Assembly (NCBI GenBank): GCA_905178155.1
Contig: CAJINV010000013.1
Span: 920,344-984,343 of the forward strand
DNA: 64,000 bases
Direction: 5' to 3'
Source of the DNA: Amoebophrya sp. A120
Lineage: Eukaryota > Protista > Dinoflagellata
Shown: positions 12,201 through 26,212 of the stretch, piece after piece
How positions within the stretch are numbered: position 1 is the first letter of the stretch
Layout of the letters: each line of letters opens with the position of its first letter
Notes under the pieces: model-generated
The model's input: the letters and a program-made list of their open reading frames with translations, nothing else
The model's database searches: none
Told to the model about the DNA's origin: nothing
Made by a program: the position numbers and the translations under genes

Positions 12201-15200
12201 CTCTCTACGTCGATTTCTCCTCCTCCAAAACGAGGAAGTGGAAGTGGCTCTCAGCAGGAAAAAGCTGCAGACGACGACAGTGACGCCTCCTCGACCGGCC
12301 TCCTGGTGAACAAGATCGCGCAGCAGAACTTCACGGAAAAACTCGTCGAGAAGGTCGCGAAAAACGCGGTGGGAAAACAGGACCGCCATTCCTACGCGAA
12401 AGAGTTCACGAACCCGACGCTGTACGAGCGGTGGGCCGTGTCCAAAACCCGGTATAGCGACCTGTCTTTGCCGTACCGGGAGGAGTTTGAGCGGTACCTG
12501 GCGCAGGCTTCGGTGAGGAGGTGGGAACAGGTGAAAAACGGAAGCTCGCAGGTGGAGCGGAGTTTGAGACTGAAAAGCGGGCTAGATGTAGAAACCGAGT
12601 TTGAAGATGGGCAGACTGCTGTCGAAGTGAACGAAGATGGTACGGCGACTGTCGTTGCCACAGGTACAGCACCCGAACAAGAAACCGCATCAAGGACGAC
12701 CGAGGATATCAACTATCCGAAAGAGCCAACCAGTCTTCCAGACACCAACGGGAGCGGCGGTACCAGGGTGAAACTCCGGATCAAGGGCCTGCTGCGGCAG
12801 GCGGACACAGATGTAGTCTCAGGCAGCACAGACAATAATTTACCCTCAACAATACCTAACACACCAGTTCCCAGCGCCGCCCAGCAAGCATCCTCGTCCG
12901 CTTCCAACTGGGCTTCCATCTACCCGGAGCAGACCGTCGTGAAGAACGTGAAGAATTGCGCGTATTGGTTCATGCGGCGAAAACTGGAGACGAACATCGA
13001 CGCTTTCGACAACATCCACGCCGTGATGCACAATCCGGCCTACCGCGGCAGGTACCGACTCGGTGATCACTACGTCAGCCTGAAACACCAAGACTTAGAT
13101 CTTCTTTTCAAAGCCGCTTTGGACGTATGCATTGCAAAAGTATCGTACTAGTATAAATTGCATCACAAATTTTTTCAAGAAGAAAAATGCAATTTGTAAT
13201 GCTGTTTTACCTTAGGAGGAAGATTTGTCATGCATGTTTGCAACTAGTACGAGTACGAGACTTTTGCACAGCATAGGACGTGCAAGTGATGCTGTTCAAC
13301 AAACCGCTTCGGCGCAAATTCAAGCGGTTTCCCGGGAAACTGCACTGGATCACGTCCACCTTCGTGTCCTTCACTTCTTGCCTGCTCAACGTGCAGGGGA
13401 ATGGGAACCCGTACCTGAACCAGGAGTGCAAGCAGATCGTGTCCCTGGCCGCGGTCGCGAAGGAGGTGGCGGAGTTGGCGCGGAGGAAGAATTTGGATTG
13501 CGTGAATGTGAACATGATATCCTGTGCAAAAGTAAGTATCGTACTCGTATAAATGCTGCTCTTGCATTACAAATTTCTTTGTCAAGGCAAATCAGCATTA
13601 CAAATTTCATTTCTCATGCTGAGAAAATTTGTAATGCATTTATACGAATACGATGCTTTTGCATTTCATACATGAACATGTTCGTGGATTCGGGGCACAA
13701 TCGGTTAGTTGAGTACACCGAGGAGGAGCTGGTGGAACTCGAAGAGTTCATGGAACTCGCGGCAAAGTACTACGACGCTGACCTGCTGAAGCAGTTCGAT
13801 GTCGAAATGCGGAAGTTGCTGGAGCAGAACAAGATCCGGACCAAGTTCGTCGAACGATACAACTTGACAAACGAGGAGAAATTTGTACGGGAGTACGCGG
13901 AGGACACGCTGAATTTTCGCCAGTACGTCGGCGGGTTTCACTACATCTTCCGGGGTCGGGAGAGGGAAGAAATGCTGGAGCGGGGCTATGGGGAGGTGTT
14001 GGCGGGGGTGGACGCGGAAAAGGATTTGCGGGTCGAGCCCAGGGATCAGATGCTGGTAGCAGCGGCGGAAAAAGACGAAAACGGCGTCGAGATCATAGAT
14101 GGGGATGAAGCTTTGCATGAGGAATTATTGGATGCGGAAAAACGTTCTCTTTCTCACTCTCCTGCGATAAACGACAAAGTAGACAAAAACACCAGCAAAA
14201 GCGCACCTGCTGCACCCGACACTGAAGACGGCGCTACAACGCCAACGAACTTCCTCGGGCAGCCGTTTGTTTCTGAGTACGGGGAAGGCGGGGCGCCGAT
14301 TGACCACATTCTGTTCACGAGGCGGACCTTTCTGAACACCCGACTGCGCTACTTAGACAAGTCCCACCCAGATCTCGCTTGGCGGTTCGAGTCGCTTGAG
14401 TTGCAGAAGCAAAACATCAATTTCGCGGAAAAACAGGCACGACGGATAGAATTGGAGGAGATGCAGATTAGACGGAAGGTCATTTTGCAAAAATCTCAAC
14501 AAACTGGCACGGAGACAATTCTTGCAGAGGACCCGGTGATTCAAGCGATCGAGTCCTACAACACGAAGAAGGAGCAAAGACAGGAAAACTTCTGCAAGAA
14601 ACGGAACGTCGACTTGGAGACCCAGAAAATCCTCCACATTCGGCAATCCGAGCACCATCAATTGAATCTAAAACCGGTCTACTTCCACGGCGACTACTGC
14701 GATATTGAGTACCCGGCGGACAAAATGCTGCAGGGGAAAGCGGCGGACGGGTGGTCGCTGATTCTGACGCCCCCGCCGTTCGGCCGATTGCGGATAAAAC
14801 CTTTGGTAAAGTTCCACATTTTGCGAAAACCCTACGCAAACCTGTTCCACCACCAGGGCTCTCTGGCGAAGCAAGTACCGCTTCACGGCGCGCCGAAATA
14901 CTCGCAGGCAAGCATCAACTTCGCCTTGATGCACTTAGCGAGTTTGGCGCCACTGCTGATAACGGAGGTAGGGACGTATTGGACGGACGCGCTGGTGATG
15001 AAGCGGCTGAGCAGCTGCGGCTACTTCCTTGACACTCTAGCGAAAGTGAAAGGGTTTCAGAAAAAGCAGAAGGAATCGGCTCCCGCATTTCATGTCCAGC
15101 AGCTGGATGACTCATCCGAGGAGGATGATCATGCTTTCATCAACGACCCTGTGGCACTTGAACGCCGGAAAGCACAAAGACAATTCGACAGACGAACCTT

Positions 15201-15405
15201 TGGGAAAGATGACGCGGCTTTCTACACTGCCCGGAGCGAGTGTAAAAGCGTCGCTATCCTCGAGGGAAACCGCACGGAAGTGATGAAGCCGATCTTCTAC
15301 TGCGGCGAGCTAGAGTCCGACGAAGATTTTGAAAGGTGCAGGTGCGCACTGTTGAGGGGAAGGTGCAGCCGACCAGGGAATGAATACCATGGGTTTTTGT
15401 CGTGA
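9236..15405 (+). CDS. large hypothetical protein, ~1650 aa; exons 9236-10029, 10117-10721, 11539-13125, 13281-13517, 13676-15405
   Basis: One GT-AG intron (10030-10116) and three TIR introns join five ORF segments in frame (...KTRPQ|KELSDRF...AALD|VQVMLF...NVNM|NMFVDSG...); 4953 nt, divisible by 3; both ends tentative. Confidence 0.7.
10722..11533. mobile_element. long introner (812 bp) with GC-rich internal segment
   Basis: TIR containing ggaaaacttcacaaatacaaa(c/t)atctgcaaaa; perfect DR gcaga (10717-10721, 11534-11538); internal ~27-bp direct repeat cccgattggtaaaYttccacaaatgaa at ~11034 and ~11124. Confidence 0.88.
13126..13275. mobile_element. introner / non-canonical intron, family A
   Basis: TIR tatgcattgcaaaagtatcgtact ... 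agtacgagacttttgcacagcata; perfect DR ggacg. Confidence 0.92.
13518..13670. mobile_element. introner / non-canonical intron, family A
   Basis: TIR tatcctgtgcaaaag..tatcgtactcgtataaatgc ... gcatttatacgaatacgatgcttttgcatttcata; perfect DR catga. Confidence 0.92.
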
Positions 15406-16273
15406 CTGCGGGGATGTTCCAGTTGTACTGGAGCAGCTCACGCAGCGGAAAAAAACTTCAAATATAGAAAAGACAAATAGAGCGAACTCTTTCACGCATT
15501 TTTTTCACACATGTTGACATTTCATCCACCCGATTCCAGGAAATGCAAGTTTTCGACCATTGGAATTTACAGGAGTAGGAGGGCACGGGTAGTACTAGTT
15601 GTACTACAACCTCCGGTACTGCAGGTACTACTTCCACGTGAGTTTAGTCCAACAATAGTTCTTGATCAGTGAACGAAATTGATATTGAAAGCGCATTCCA
15701 GTCTGCAAATAAAACTTGAAAGTGAAGAAAGCAAAGACAGTGAAACGAAGAGTAAGTGAAAACGCGAAGAAAAATCCCGATGAATGCGTTTGTGCATTTT
15801 CGCGCGGAAAAGGGGTTTCACCCTCGCTGTTCGAAAACGAAAAGTCATTTAACATTGGCATTGTAAGTACCCTGCTCGGTCGAAAAAATCAAGATCCCGA
15901 TGCTGTCTTGACGGAATGAAAATCAAAAGAATTCTGAGGCTTGTGTGCAGTGAGAAATTCTTTTTTTCTCGGAAGAAAAATTCCAGGAAAAAGTAGTACG
16001 ATCGCCACTGAAGATGTGAACTTTTTTCTTGAAAAATAATCATTCCTTGCAGCGACCTGGTGTCTAGTTACGATAGTTTGGATTGAGCTTCATCCCTGCT
16101 GTCTTTTTCTTTCGTGATCATGACCCCGTGCATCTTTATCGCAGCGGATTTTTACGCGCTTCAAATTAAACACCTGCTTCTTCGCCTATCTTTCTCGCTA
16201 CAGCTAAGAGCGTCTTGACGTTAAGTGCCTTTTCCTTTCACTTTTCGATACTGGCTTCATCGCAAAATAAATC

Positions 16274-19200
16274 ATGGTTCTGGGTCGGTTCGCAGCTGCC
16301 TTTAGCCGCAGCGGCAGACAAGCCGTGACGAAGGCAGCGACGACGATAGTGAGCAATAACGCAGCGAGTTCTACCACGAAGCCGCGGTCGTTTCATCTCG
16401 GTAACATTTTTTCCCGTAATAAACCAGCGACAAGTTCCACTGGCACGTCAGGAGCTGCCACTGAGCTCCAGCCACAATCCGGCGGTTTCATTTCTAGACG
16501 ATTACGCGGCAACAGCCCAGCAGCGACTAGCGCTTCAATTAGCAACGCAAAGCGGGCAGGCGGATATCTCGGGAACATTTTTGCGTCCTCAAAAGGTTCC
16601 GCCGGCAATGGAGCATCAAACTCAGCCGGCTCCTCAGCCACGACAAGTGGCAGCGCAACTACGAGTAGATCCAGGCTGAATCGAAGACATCAGCGAAACG
16701 GTGCCACAAGTGGCGGTGGAGGTTCAAATCAGCCCCCGACGCAGATCGTTCGCGTCGAAGCCGGCAACTCGGGGCCGAAGCACACACTGATTTACCGAAT
16801 CGTCCGCGATTCCGCGATCATCGGTTTGGTGATTCTGGCGATCATTAAACTGGTAAACGCGTACAGCGAGGCGAAGGCTTACTTGAGAAAGGAGAAGAAG
16901 CGACGGGAAAAAATGCGAAAATTGTTCTTGAATGAGAACAAATTAGGGAACCGGGCGGAAAACCCAATCGACGTCAATTTCTTCCAACGACGGGCGAACG
17001 TCGTGGCGTATTGCTGGCTCCCAGACTCGCTGCTCGGAGGTGGTAGTCAAAACGCGCAATTGGATGGGGGTGGAAGCGGGGGCAATCTGGCACTGGTCGC
17101 CGGCGGCGCCAATCCAATTCCGACGTTCAGCCTTCCATCTGCGGTGTCGCTACAGCCCCTGGAAGACAGACCGGCGGCTCTGGGCGGCGCAGCGTCCTCG
17201 GGAGGTTCGACAGCTGGTGGATCCTCCTCGTCGTCGAGCAGCGGTTCGAGTAGCAATCAAAACAACTCCATTGCAGCGAAGTCAACGAGTGGCGAGCAGA
17301 AAAGCTCTTCTTTCTTCCCGAAAAGCATCACCAGCGCCTTCTACTCCATTACTGGGACGAAGAAAAGTTCCGACTCAGATTCTGAATCTGAAGCTTCTGA
17401 TGAGGAGGATGCGAGCTCGTCTACCACTGCGTCAAGTACGCCGAATAACAACGCTGCGGCTGCGTCCACATCAAGTAGTACTGCCTCGGCCACATCTTCT
17501 GCATCAGATGTGAGTGGCAACGACAGCACACTCCAGCCGATAGATTTACTGGAGCTTTTTCAGGGCAAGGAGAACATGGGCGCGGTGGATTTGTCACTCC
17601 ATGTGGAGAACCAATTCGTTGACCCGAATGGAGGAGCTGTGGCGCAAAATAGTAGCCAAAACAAGTCCAGCGAGGTGCAGCTCGTCCTCTGCTCCGGTTC
17701 GCACCACTCGCGCTTTCTTAGCCCGGACGGAACACATGTCTTGTCCTTGGCGGAGCACCCGGCCAGTAGTGCCGACGAGGCAGCAGGAGCGGAAAGTAAG
17801 AACGGCAGCTCTAGTAGTAGCAGCAACGAGTGTATCTGCGACGTCTGCTACCATACTGTGCCGGTGGGGAAGACAACCCTTCGTTGCAGACACAGTGACT
17901 TCGACGTTTGTGAAAGCTGTGCGAAAAAAACCGCGACCAACGGCTACGAGAAGGTCTACGCGACCTTGGCAGGAATAAAGCTGCAGACTTTCAAGAATTT
18001 GGGGAAGAAGAAAAAACCTAGTACAGAGCAGGAGAACGCTGCGGGTGCTGGTGCTGTTTCCGCAGCAACGAACCAAGCAGAGACATCGACAACCTCGAAA
18101 GAGGACGCCCAAGACCAAGCGCTCGAGTACTTCAGCATGCCCAAGGAGGTAGCGAAACAAGCACAAGAGCTGAAGCAGCAGGTCGCGCAACAGGAAGAAA
18201 AGGAGAACCTCAAAAAGGCCTCAGCATCTTCCTCTTCCACGCAACAAAGTACAACTCCAAACCCCGACGACAACACCCCAGATAACGACGAGGACCCCAA
18301 CAAGAACAAGCAGCACCCGGTCATCGAGGAGCTGACCAACAGAGTGCAAAATCTGAAGGAAAAAGTCGCGAATTTCTTCGCGCTCCTCGGCGACTCGAAC
18401 AGCTGGAATTCCGCGTTACTGAACACTCTCGACCTCGGGTCGGACGACGCTAGTTCCTTCTTCGACACAGCAAGCGATTCTTTCTCGAACTTATCCTGTG
18501 CAAAAGTATTGTACTCGTATAGATGCATTACAAATTTCCTCAGCGTGACCGTGAGAAATAAAATTTGTGATGCTGATTTACCTTAAGGAAAAGATTTGTA
18601 ATGCATGACTGCCTGACGAAGACGAGTGCGATACTTTTGCAGTTCATAAACCTTCGACGACGACGATGACGACCCAGCCTCCAGCTTCAACCGCGCACTG
18701 TTTATCCTGTGCAAAAGTATCGTACTCGTATTGCAAGTCTTGCATTACAAATCTTTTTGTTAACTCAAATCCGCATTACAAATTTTATCTCTCATGCTGG
18801 GGAAGTTTGTCATGCATTTATACGAGTACGATACTTTTTCAGTTCATACTGTTTGAGGAGCAACAGTCCCGGTCTTTGTCCATGCCGAAGCAGTTCAAGG
18901 TGCAGCGGAACGTGAAAACGAAGTTCAAGGACGTGATTGGGCAGGAAATCGCGTTGGAAAAAATGAAGGAGTTCGTCGACATTCTTCAGCACCCAGACAA
19001 GTACGCGCAAATCGGATCCAAAGTCCCAAAAGGGGGGTTGTTACTTGGCCCACCGGGGTGCGGGAAAACTCTCCTAGCCTCCGCGGTCGCCGGGGAATGT
19101 GGCCTGCCGTTCATCTCGGCGCAAGCGAGCGAGTTCGTGCAGGTCTACGTCGGGATGGGCGCGAAGAACATCCAGTCTCTATTCGCTCTTGCGCGGAAGG

Positions 19201-21791
19201 AGGCGGAGCAGTCGGGGGGCTGCATTCTGTTCATCGACGAGATCGACTCGATCGGTCGGGACAGGTCCAAATCGCTGACGAACGGGGATGGGGAGACGGG
19301 AAACACGTTAAACCAGTTGCTTACAGAAATGGACGGGTTTCACAGCAAGGGCGAGAACATCGTGGTTTTAGCCGCTACGAATCGCGCAAACACGCTGGAT
19401 TCCGCACTGATGCGGCCGGGCAGACTGGACCGGAAGATCCCGCTGCAAACGCCGAATGTGTCAGAGCGGGAGGAGCTGTTCGCGTTTTATTTGAAAAAGT
19501 TCGCCTGGCGGGGGGCGGATTTGAGGGAAGCGCTGGAAACGTCTCTGGACGAGATGACTGGTGCGACGAAGAAGGTCGCTGTGTCAGCAGCAGGAGGCAC
19601 AGGAGAACTACAGGAAACAACATCTTCAGCCGTTGTCGACCAAACGCCAGCAAAATCTGCGGTCTTGGACAAAGCAAGCGATGAAATGAAGAACTTGCTT
19701 AGCAACTACGCGACACAACTCGCCGGTGAGTACCCGGATCTGGCGGAACAGGCGAGGGGAACAAGTGGAACCACACTAGCGCGTACGTCGGGAGAAAACA
19801 ACATCGCAACAGCAACGGCACCATCTTCGTCCCCGCAAGGTCCAATCAGCACCACTAAAAACGGAAAGCCAATCGCCGTCGGCCAGCAGGTCTCTCTCGC
19901 TCTCCCGAACATGCGCCAGTCCTTTTTCAAGCACAATCTGCAAGACTTGGTGGGTGTCGTCGTCGGAAAGAAAACGGAGTTGCAGGTGGTCAAATTGAAC
20001 GAACAGGAGATGTCGGCGTATACGCAGTATGTGAAGAAAAGCGGAGCGGAAAATCAGAATCACGCAGCGCCGGTGGGGGAAGTGCACCCTGTTTTGGAGG
20101 CAAAGGAAGTTGATGCAGCAGTAACCGGTGTCTCAGCTTCTGCAACTGCAAGTGCAAACAGTGCACCGGCGGCGCCCACGACTAAACCTGCAGTTTCAAG
20201 TGGCAGCATGATCTCTGAGAAGGACGAACTACACAAGCAAGAGCCTCAAACGCTTGCAGTGGCATCACCATCAGCAGCCGCTCCTTCTGCCAATGTCAAA
20301 ACTTCTCCACCTCCCCCCACCTTCACAGTGATGAACACCACGACAAAAACAGCGGGCGATGGCAGCACGACCGGCACGACCACGGTTGTAAATTCGTCAT
20401 TAGTGACGGACAGCCTCGCGAACGTCCCCTTGAATTTGAAGCTCCAGGACCGACTGATTGTCCAAATCGGCTCCAAATACTACATCGCCGACGCGTCCGA
20501 CGTGGCGCCGATTGAGGAAAACATGGTGAAAAAGGTGGCGCAGAAGGCCGCGCGATTGACCACTGGCTTCACCGGTGCGACGATCAGCTCGGTGTGCAAC
20601 GAGGCAGGGATTTTGAGCGTCCGGGAATCCTTGGTCAAGAAGGAAGATTTTTCAGGAGCTGCTACTTCAGGCAAAAATAAAAATGGAGCTGCTACGACCG
20701 ATCAAGAAAAATCAGTGGGCGCAACAGTAACAAGTGCAAGGGCGGGGACCTCCACTAGTTCTTCTTCGTCAACATCCCGATACCAGGGTGTTGAACAAAA
20801 TACGAAGAGCCTAAACAAACGCAAAGCCGACTCGACACTCAGCGGAGATACGATTCTCCCGCCTTCTGGGACGGAGCAGATTCAAACCGCAACTTCTGCA
20901 GTAGATCATGCTCTATCAGCAACAGAAACTGCAGCATCTTCACCACCGAAAAACATCAAGCAGCCCCGATGCAACAACCGGAAGCGCCTACCGACGATCA
21001 CGGAGCAGAAACTGAGAAAAGCCATGGACATGGTGGCCGTGGGGAACGGGAAAAGGAATTACCGCATCACGGAGAAGGAAAAAGAAGCCACCGCCTTCCA
21101 CGAAGCGGGCCACACCGCGATGAGTTTCTACTTGGAAAAGTCCCCCGATCCGGTAAAAGTCACGGTTTTGCCAACCGATACCGGGGCGCTCGGGCACATG
21201 ATGCCAGGGGAGCCAAAGTCAGAGGTACAGAATTTTTTTCGGACTTGTTGGTACAGACAAGATCTTGATCGCAGCTTTATTTTTTGAATCAAGTGGATGC
21301 AAAAGTGCGCAAAATCCTGTTGTATAATGAAGCCGTTTTTACGTCATGCACCAAATAGAAATAGCTGCATATAACGAAGATGATCTAATCAATATCAACC
21401 ACAGACCTCCTCTTCCAAGGCCGAGCTGGAAGCGCAGATTTGCGTCGCTCTGGGCGGTCGCGTCGCCGAGGAACTCTTCACAGACGAAATTGGGACGGGT
21501 GCCAGCTCGGATCTGGAGAGAGTCACTTCCATTGCGCAGGACTACGTCTATTCCTATGGGTTCGGCGAGCACTTGCTGACTTTCCACAACAGCCAGCAGA
21601 ACACCTGGTCGGAACAGACGAAGCAACAATTAGAGCAAGAAGTGAAGGACTTGGTCAAGACCTGTTACGGGAGGACGAAAGATATGCTGAAAAAACACGA
21701 TTTTGAAATCCGAAGCTTGGTCAAGGAGCTGATTGAAGCGGAAACTTTATATTCGGAAGACATTCGAAGGATTCTGGCGGTGAAAAAGTGA
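16274..21791 (+). CDS. ftsH: FtsH-family (AFG3/paraplegin/YME1-like) AAA+ zinc metalloprotease, ~1674 aa; exons 16274-18491, 18654-18702, 18854-21224, 21405-21791
   Basis: Walker A GPPGCGKT, Walker B ILFIDEID, SRH TNRANTLDSALMRPGRLDR, M41 HEAGH, LGGRVAEE and GASSDL motifs; Arg/Ser-rich N-terminus and a TM segment SAIIGLVILAIIKLV; two TIR introns and one GT-AG intron (21225-21404). Confidence 0.92.
18492..18648. mobile_element. introner / non-canonical intron, family A
   Basis: TIR tatcctgtgcaaaagtattgtactcgt ... acgagtgcgatacttttgcagttcata; decayed DR gaact/aacct; contains an in-frame stop at 18584. Confidence 0.88.
18703..18848. mobile_element. introner / non-canonical intron, family A
   Basis: TIR tatcctgtgcaaaagtatcgtactcgta ... 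tacgagtacgatactttttcagttcata; perfect DR ctgtt. Confidence 0.92.
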
Positions 21792-22991
21792 GAAAGGGAT
21801 GGTCCTCGATAACTTTATTCACCGCACAAGCTTCTTGTAATCCGACTGCTTAGTGTTAGTAGTCGTACGTAGCGAAACCCCATCTTTTCGTTCCCGACCA
21901 CTCAATGTCAATTGTAATTTCATCTCTGAAGGAACAACCCTGACTGTACTCCCAACAGCGAACTCCAACTCGCAAAAACCACTTGTTCCCTTACCGTTTG
22001 CAGTTTTCTATTTCCACCTACCCCCAGTCCCGCCCGATAAAAACGACAGAAGGAAGCGACATGAAAGAATGGATGAGGAAGGGCTTCCAGTTCTGAAATT
22101 GCTGGAACCAGTAAGCAATTGGCAGCAGCCAGCCTGCTGGTGCAACTGCTGCCAATTGCGATGCGGTACATAAACTTTTGGAAGCGATGTTCAATAACTT
22201 ATGTGGGTCAAAGTAGCTGTACTTATCCTTACGTTTGGAGCGGCCGTGGTTGAGTCGATGTAGAACTTCTCGTCGGCCTATATTACGAGTCACTGCATGT
22301 CGTTATCGTGCACCTGAAATAAATCGTTAGTGCGTAGAAACCGAAAGATTGTGATCGGTGTAAGTTGAGTGGATGAAGACACCATCGGTTATGCAAGTCT
22401 ACGAATGATTATGAGCGAGTCTCCCCCTTCTCTATCGGTACGTACCGAGCTTTGCCTGTCCTGTCGGTGAGGATCATTCGAAAGCTTTTTTTGATTCGTA
22501 CTAAATTCTCGAGTGCAGTGATTTATTTGTGCGGTTTTTTCGCCCATGAGAGTAGACGATTCGGTCATTGGAATTTTGTGTCTGTTTGATAATTCGTCTG
22601 TTGGGAGTTGTTGGAGGACGAGGACATCGGCTGATTTTCTTCTCCTTAATTTTCGGAACAGGACCATCACCACCACCCGCTCGGTCACTATGCAGACATA
22701 CGTAAAACCCCGAGCTCAGTTTATTTCGTCCTGTCAAGAAGTCGGTGCATCAATTCAGCAATTCAAACACCAATCTCATAGGTTTTTGTAGTTTTGGAAA
22801 ATCGGAACGAGTCCGTATATTATGAATGTAGAAACTTCGCCCAAGTTTTTGTTTTGCCTCTGTCATTCTCAAGAACACTAACGTGTACAATTTGGAGTCC
22901 TTTTTTCATTTTCCTCCCCATATCGACCTGTGTCTACCAACGTAGAAGCAGGAGGACGACCAAATACAAAACCCCCCCTCGCACCCCAAAA

Positions 22992-25900
22992 ATGGCCGCT
23001 GCCGCCGCTGCGACCCAGCTCCCCCCCGAGCTCTGGAACAAGGTTCTCGTCGAGTATTGTGATGCGTCGAATCGTACTGTCGGAAGACTGGCGCAGACCT
23101 GCACGGCGCTCCGCAACACCATGCTGGAGGATGAGGGCATCTGGCGGACTTTGTTTCACCGCAGGTTCTACGACCAGAGTGTGGTTTTGGAGGACATGGA
23201 AAACAGAAATGATGACACAGACGTGAACTTCGAACTGAAAGTTCAACCTGTTGTTGTTCCAGGAGAAAGTCAATTGAATCAGCAAGAGCACCAGATCTTC
23301 CAGCAGTATTTGGATAAACGCGACCCCAGCGCAGCAGATTCCTACCGCCCCCGCGCGCGCAGCTGCATGACGTCTCCTGCTGAGCAGAATGCTTTAGTTC
23401 CTTTGCGACCTGCAAGCGCGACAGCGTCGTCTTCTACTAGTAGAAATATTTTTTCAACCACAATGACTCGAGGAGCGAGAACAAACGGCTCCAGCAATGC
23501 AATTTCTTCGAACATCTGGCGCAAGCGCTACGTCGCGCTCCACGACTTAGAACGGCGTTTCCGCAAAGGCCTCTTCGACCGGAAAATCCAGTTGACTGCG
23601 GAGCCCACCCCGGTTTGCGACGTCCATTTGACCCCCGGCACGCGGGACGTGTCCATTGCCCTCGGTAGCGGAGAAATTCTCTCCATGCGGGGGAAAGAAA
23701 TTCTGTCCCGCCAAACCGCACCCAGTCCCGCGGTACGGTGTTTCGTGGACCGTGTTTCGGGTACTTTGTTTGCAGGCTTGCAATCCGGCGAGATCATGAT
23801 CGGCGGACAAATTTTCGCGAAGGCGCATCTGGGGAAAGTGTGTGGGTTGGAGCAGGTTATTAACACGGTTGCGTCGATAGGAGGAGGTGGACCAGCGTCG
23901 CCCCTGTCGGTACGAGCTTCTTCTTCTTCACCGTCTGATGCGCTAATTTCACCCAGCACCAACCTGCTGTTCAGTTGTTCCTCGTCCGACGACTGCGTGA
24001 AGCTCTGGGACATCCAACACGGCAAGCGCAACGAAGCGATTGCGGCGTACCGGCACGAATCTGTCACCACGCTCTCCGCCGTCTCCGCGTATGAGGTGTG
24101 GTCCGGCGGCAACGACCGCATGCTGAACCGGTGGGACACGCGAGTGATCGGCACCACCGGCCCCGTCCAGTCCTTCGGGCCCGCCGACGACTGGGTGATG
24201 ATGGTAGAGGCCGGCGGGCAGAGCGGCAACCTCGTGCGTGCGGCGGACAAGGCGATCCATTTGTGGGACGCGCGCTACGGGACGAAACCGCTTTTGACGA
24301 CGCACAAGCACAAAAAGCTGATCACGCGTTTCCACTCAATGATGACCCGAAGGACCCACGCACCGCGGCTGGTTTCCTGTTCGCTGGACGGACGGGTGAA
24401 AATCAGTTCCTTAGACCGGTACCGCGACGACGCGCTGGAGCTGGATCTAGGCCCGGCAGGTGTGGATGACAGTAGAAGTACAACTCGAGAAGGTCGTGGC
24501 TCAGACCTCCTCGACAGGAGCGCCAGCGGCCTGGACGAGGACAGTCTCCATATGATATCCTCCACCAGAAGAACCTCCTCCGCGTTCAACGACTCTTTCT
24601 CCTCCGACGAATTAGTCGTCCGCGAGGGGCGCACGTTGTCCACGGGTTCTTGGGAAGAATCCTTCCGCAGTCCCGACGCGCAGTACAGCTTATGGACTGC
24701 AAAAGTATCGTACTCGTACGTAGTATTGCAATACAAATTAGCTCAGCATGACAAATGGAATTTGTCATGCTGATTTAGATTGAAAATGAAATTTGTAATG
24801 CTAATGCATAACTGCAATTAGTACGAGTGCGATACTTTTGCAGTGCATACAGTTATCTTGAAGCGGATTTGAGCAAGGCGATGCCGATCGTGCACGACGC
24901 AGAAGCGACGACCTTGCCGTGCAGCAACGACTACTGTTTGTGCGTAGATTTTGACGACACAAAGTTGCTGGTCGGCGGAGTGGACGGCAGCTTGTTTGAG
25001 TACAACTTTGAAAAAACGTTCGACTTGGATAATTGCGGCGGGGGTCGTGCGATGAAATCGAGAAAACTCTTCCGCACAGTCAAGAAGAGCCGGAGTAAGG
25101 AAGTTCTTTCGCAGGAGGTAGTAGAGAACAAGGGTCGCGCTGAAGAAAAGCAGGGAGAAGAACACAACAGCCACTACAACTTCAGTAGCGACGCTGATGC
25201 GACCGCAAGTACGAGAGAAGGCGGATTTACCTCCACTTCATCGTCTAGCGGCACAAGAATACTTTCCTCTAGTACAACAGCAGCTCCTGTTGTAAGAAGC
25301 ATCGGTCACAAGCAGGACCACCACGCGCAGACGCTATTTTCTCCAAAATCGCGCAACAATGGCTTCTCGTCCTCCCGGAGCTCAGCCGATAGTTCCACGG
25401 CGCCGGATCAACATTTGCAGGGACACGAACGCGGCGAGTCAAAGCAGCAAGAAGGCCACCAGCACTTTCGGCCTATGAAACTGCAATCACGAAGAGGTGC
25501 GCAGGACGAAGTGAACGATTTTGGCGAAGATGGTGATGAAGCTGAAGACGAGCCTCTGGCTAGACAAAAACCGAAGCCGCAGCAGCTTTCAGTCCGTCAA
25601 AGAACGCGGACTTCTAGCAGTAGAGGAAGTAGCAAGGGACTGAGCACCAATGCAGGCGCAGACGCGACCGCACAGATGAAGAAAAAACAGAAAACCAAGC
25701 AGGAGACTACGACGGGAAATAAGACAAAACGCAACAGTCGCGGAAGATCAATCCGGTCGGACGAAGAACTTTTCAGCAGCAAAGAGGATGCGGACTCGTC
25801 ATCCTCCGATAGCGACGATGGTAATGTGGAGAGACTCGAAGAAAAAATCCCGTCCTCCGAGTTTCTCTACGGCCTTGCGCGACAGCAGCACTTGAAAGAG

Positions 25901-26212
25901 CTCGGACACCGGTTGATGAGCATAGAAACGGTCGCGAGCATCAACTCAGTGGAACAACAGCAAAGCGGGGCAGTCCTGAGGACAACATCATCGTCATACA
26001 CACATCAATCCTTGCCGGTAGGTATGCCGACCACGCAGCGTCAAGAACGAGTACACTCTACGTCCATGTCGCCAGAGCTGGTTGTTAGTCGAAGTAGGAT
26101 GACGAGCACGGGTGTGGAAAATGAAGCAGGGTCTCGTGCCAGAAGCACATGTTGGCATATGTCCAGCCATGGCGCTACCTCAGCTGACCTCGAAGAGTCA
26201 CCGGAATTGTAG
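22992..26212 (+). CDS. F-box / WD40-repeat protein, ~1018 aa; exons 22992-24690, 24855-26212
   Basis: N-terminal F-box-like LPPELWNKVLVEYC...RLAQTC...W; WD40 motifs (SSDDCVKLWDI, GGNDRMLNRWD, IHLWD, SCSLDGRVKI, GGVDGSLFEYNF); one family A intron. Confidence 0.85.
24691..24849. mobile_element. introner / non-canonical intron, family A
   Basis: TIR tatggactgcaaaagtatcgtactcgtac ... gtacgagtgcgatacttttgcagtgcata; DR cagct/cagtt. Confidence 0.92.

Noticed and set aside
16274-21791. FtsH, scramblase and WD40 genes as transposon-disrupted pseudogenes
   Set aside because: Exonic sequence has no other stops or frameshifts, and motifs remain intact even beside old decayed elements
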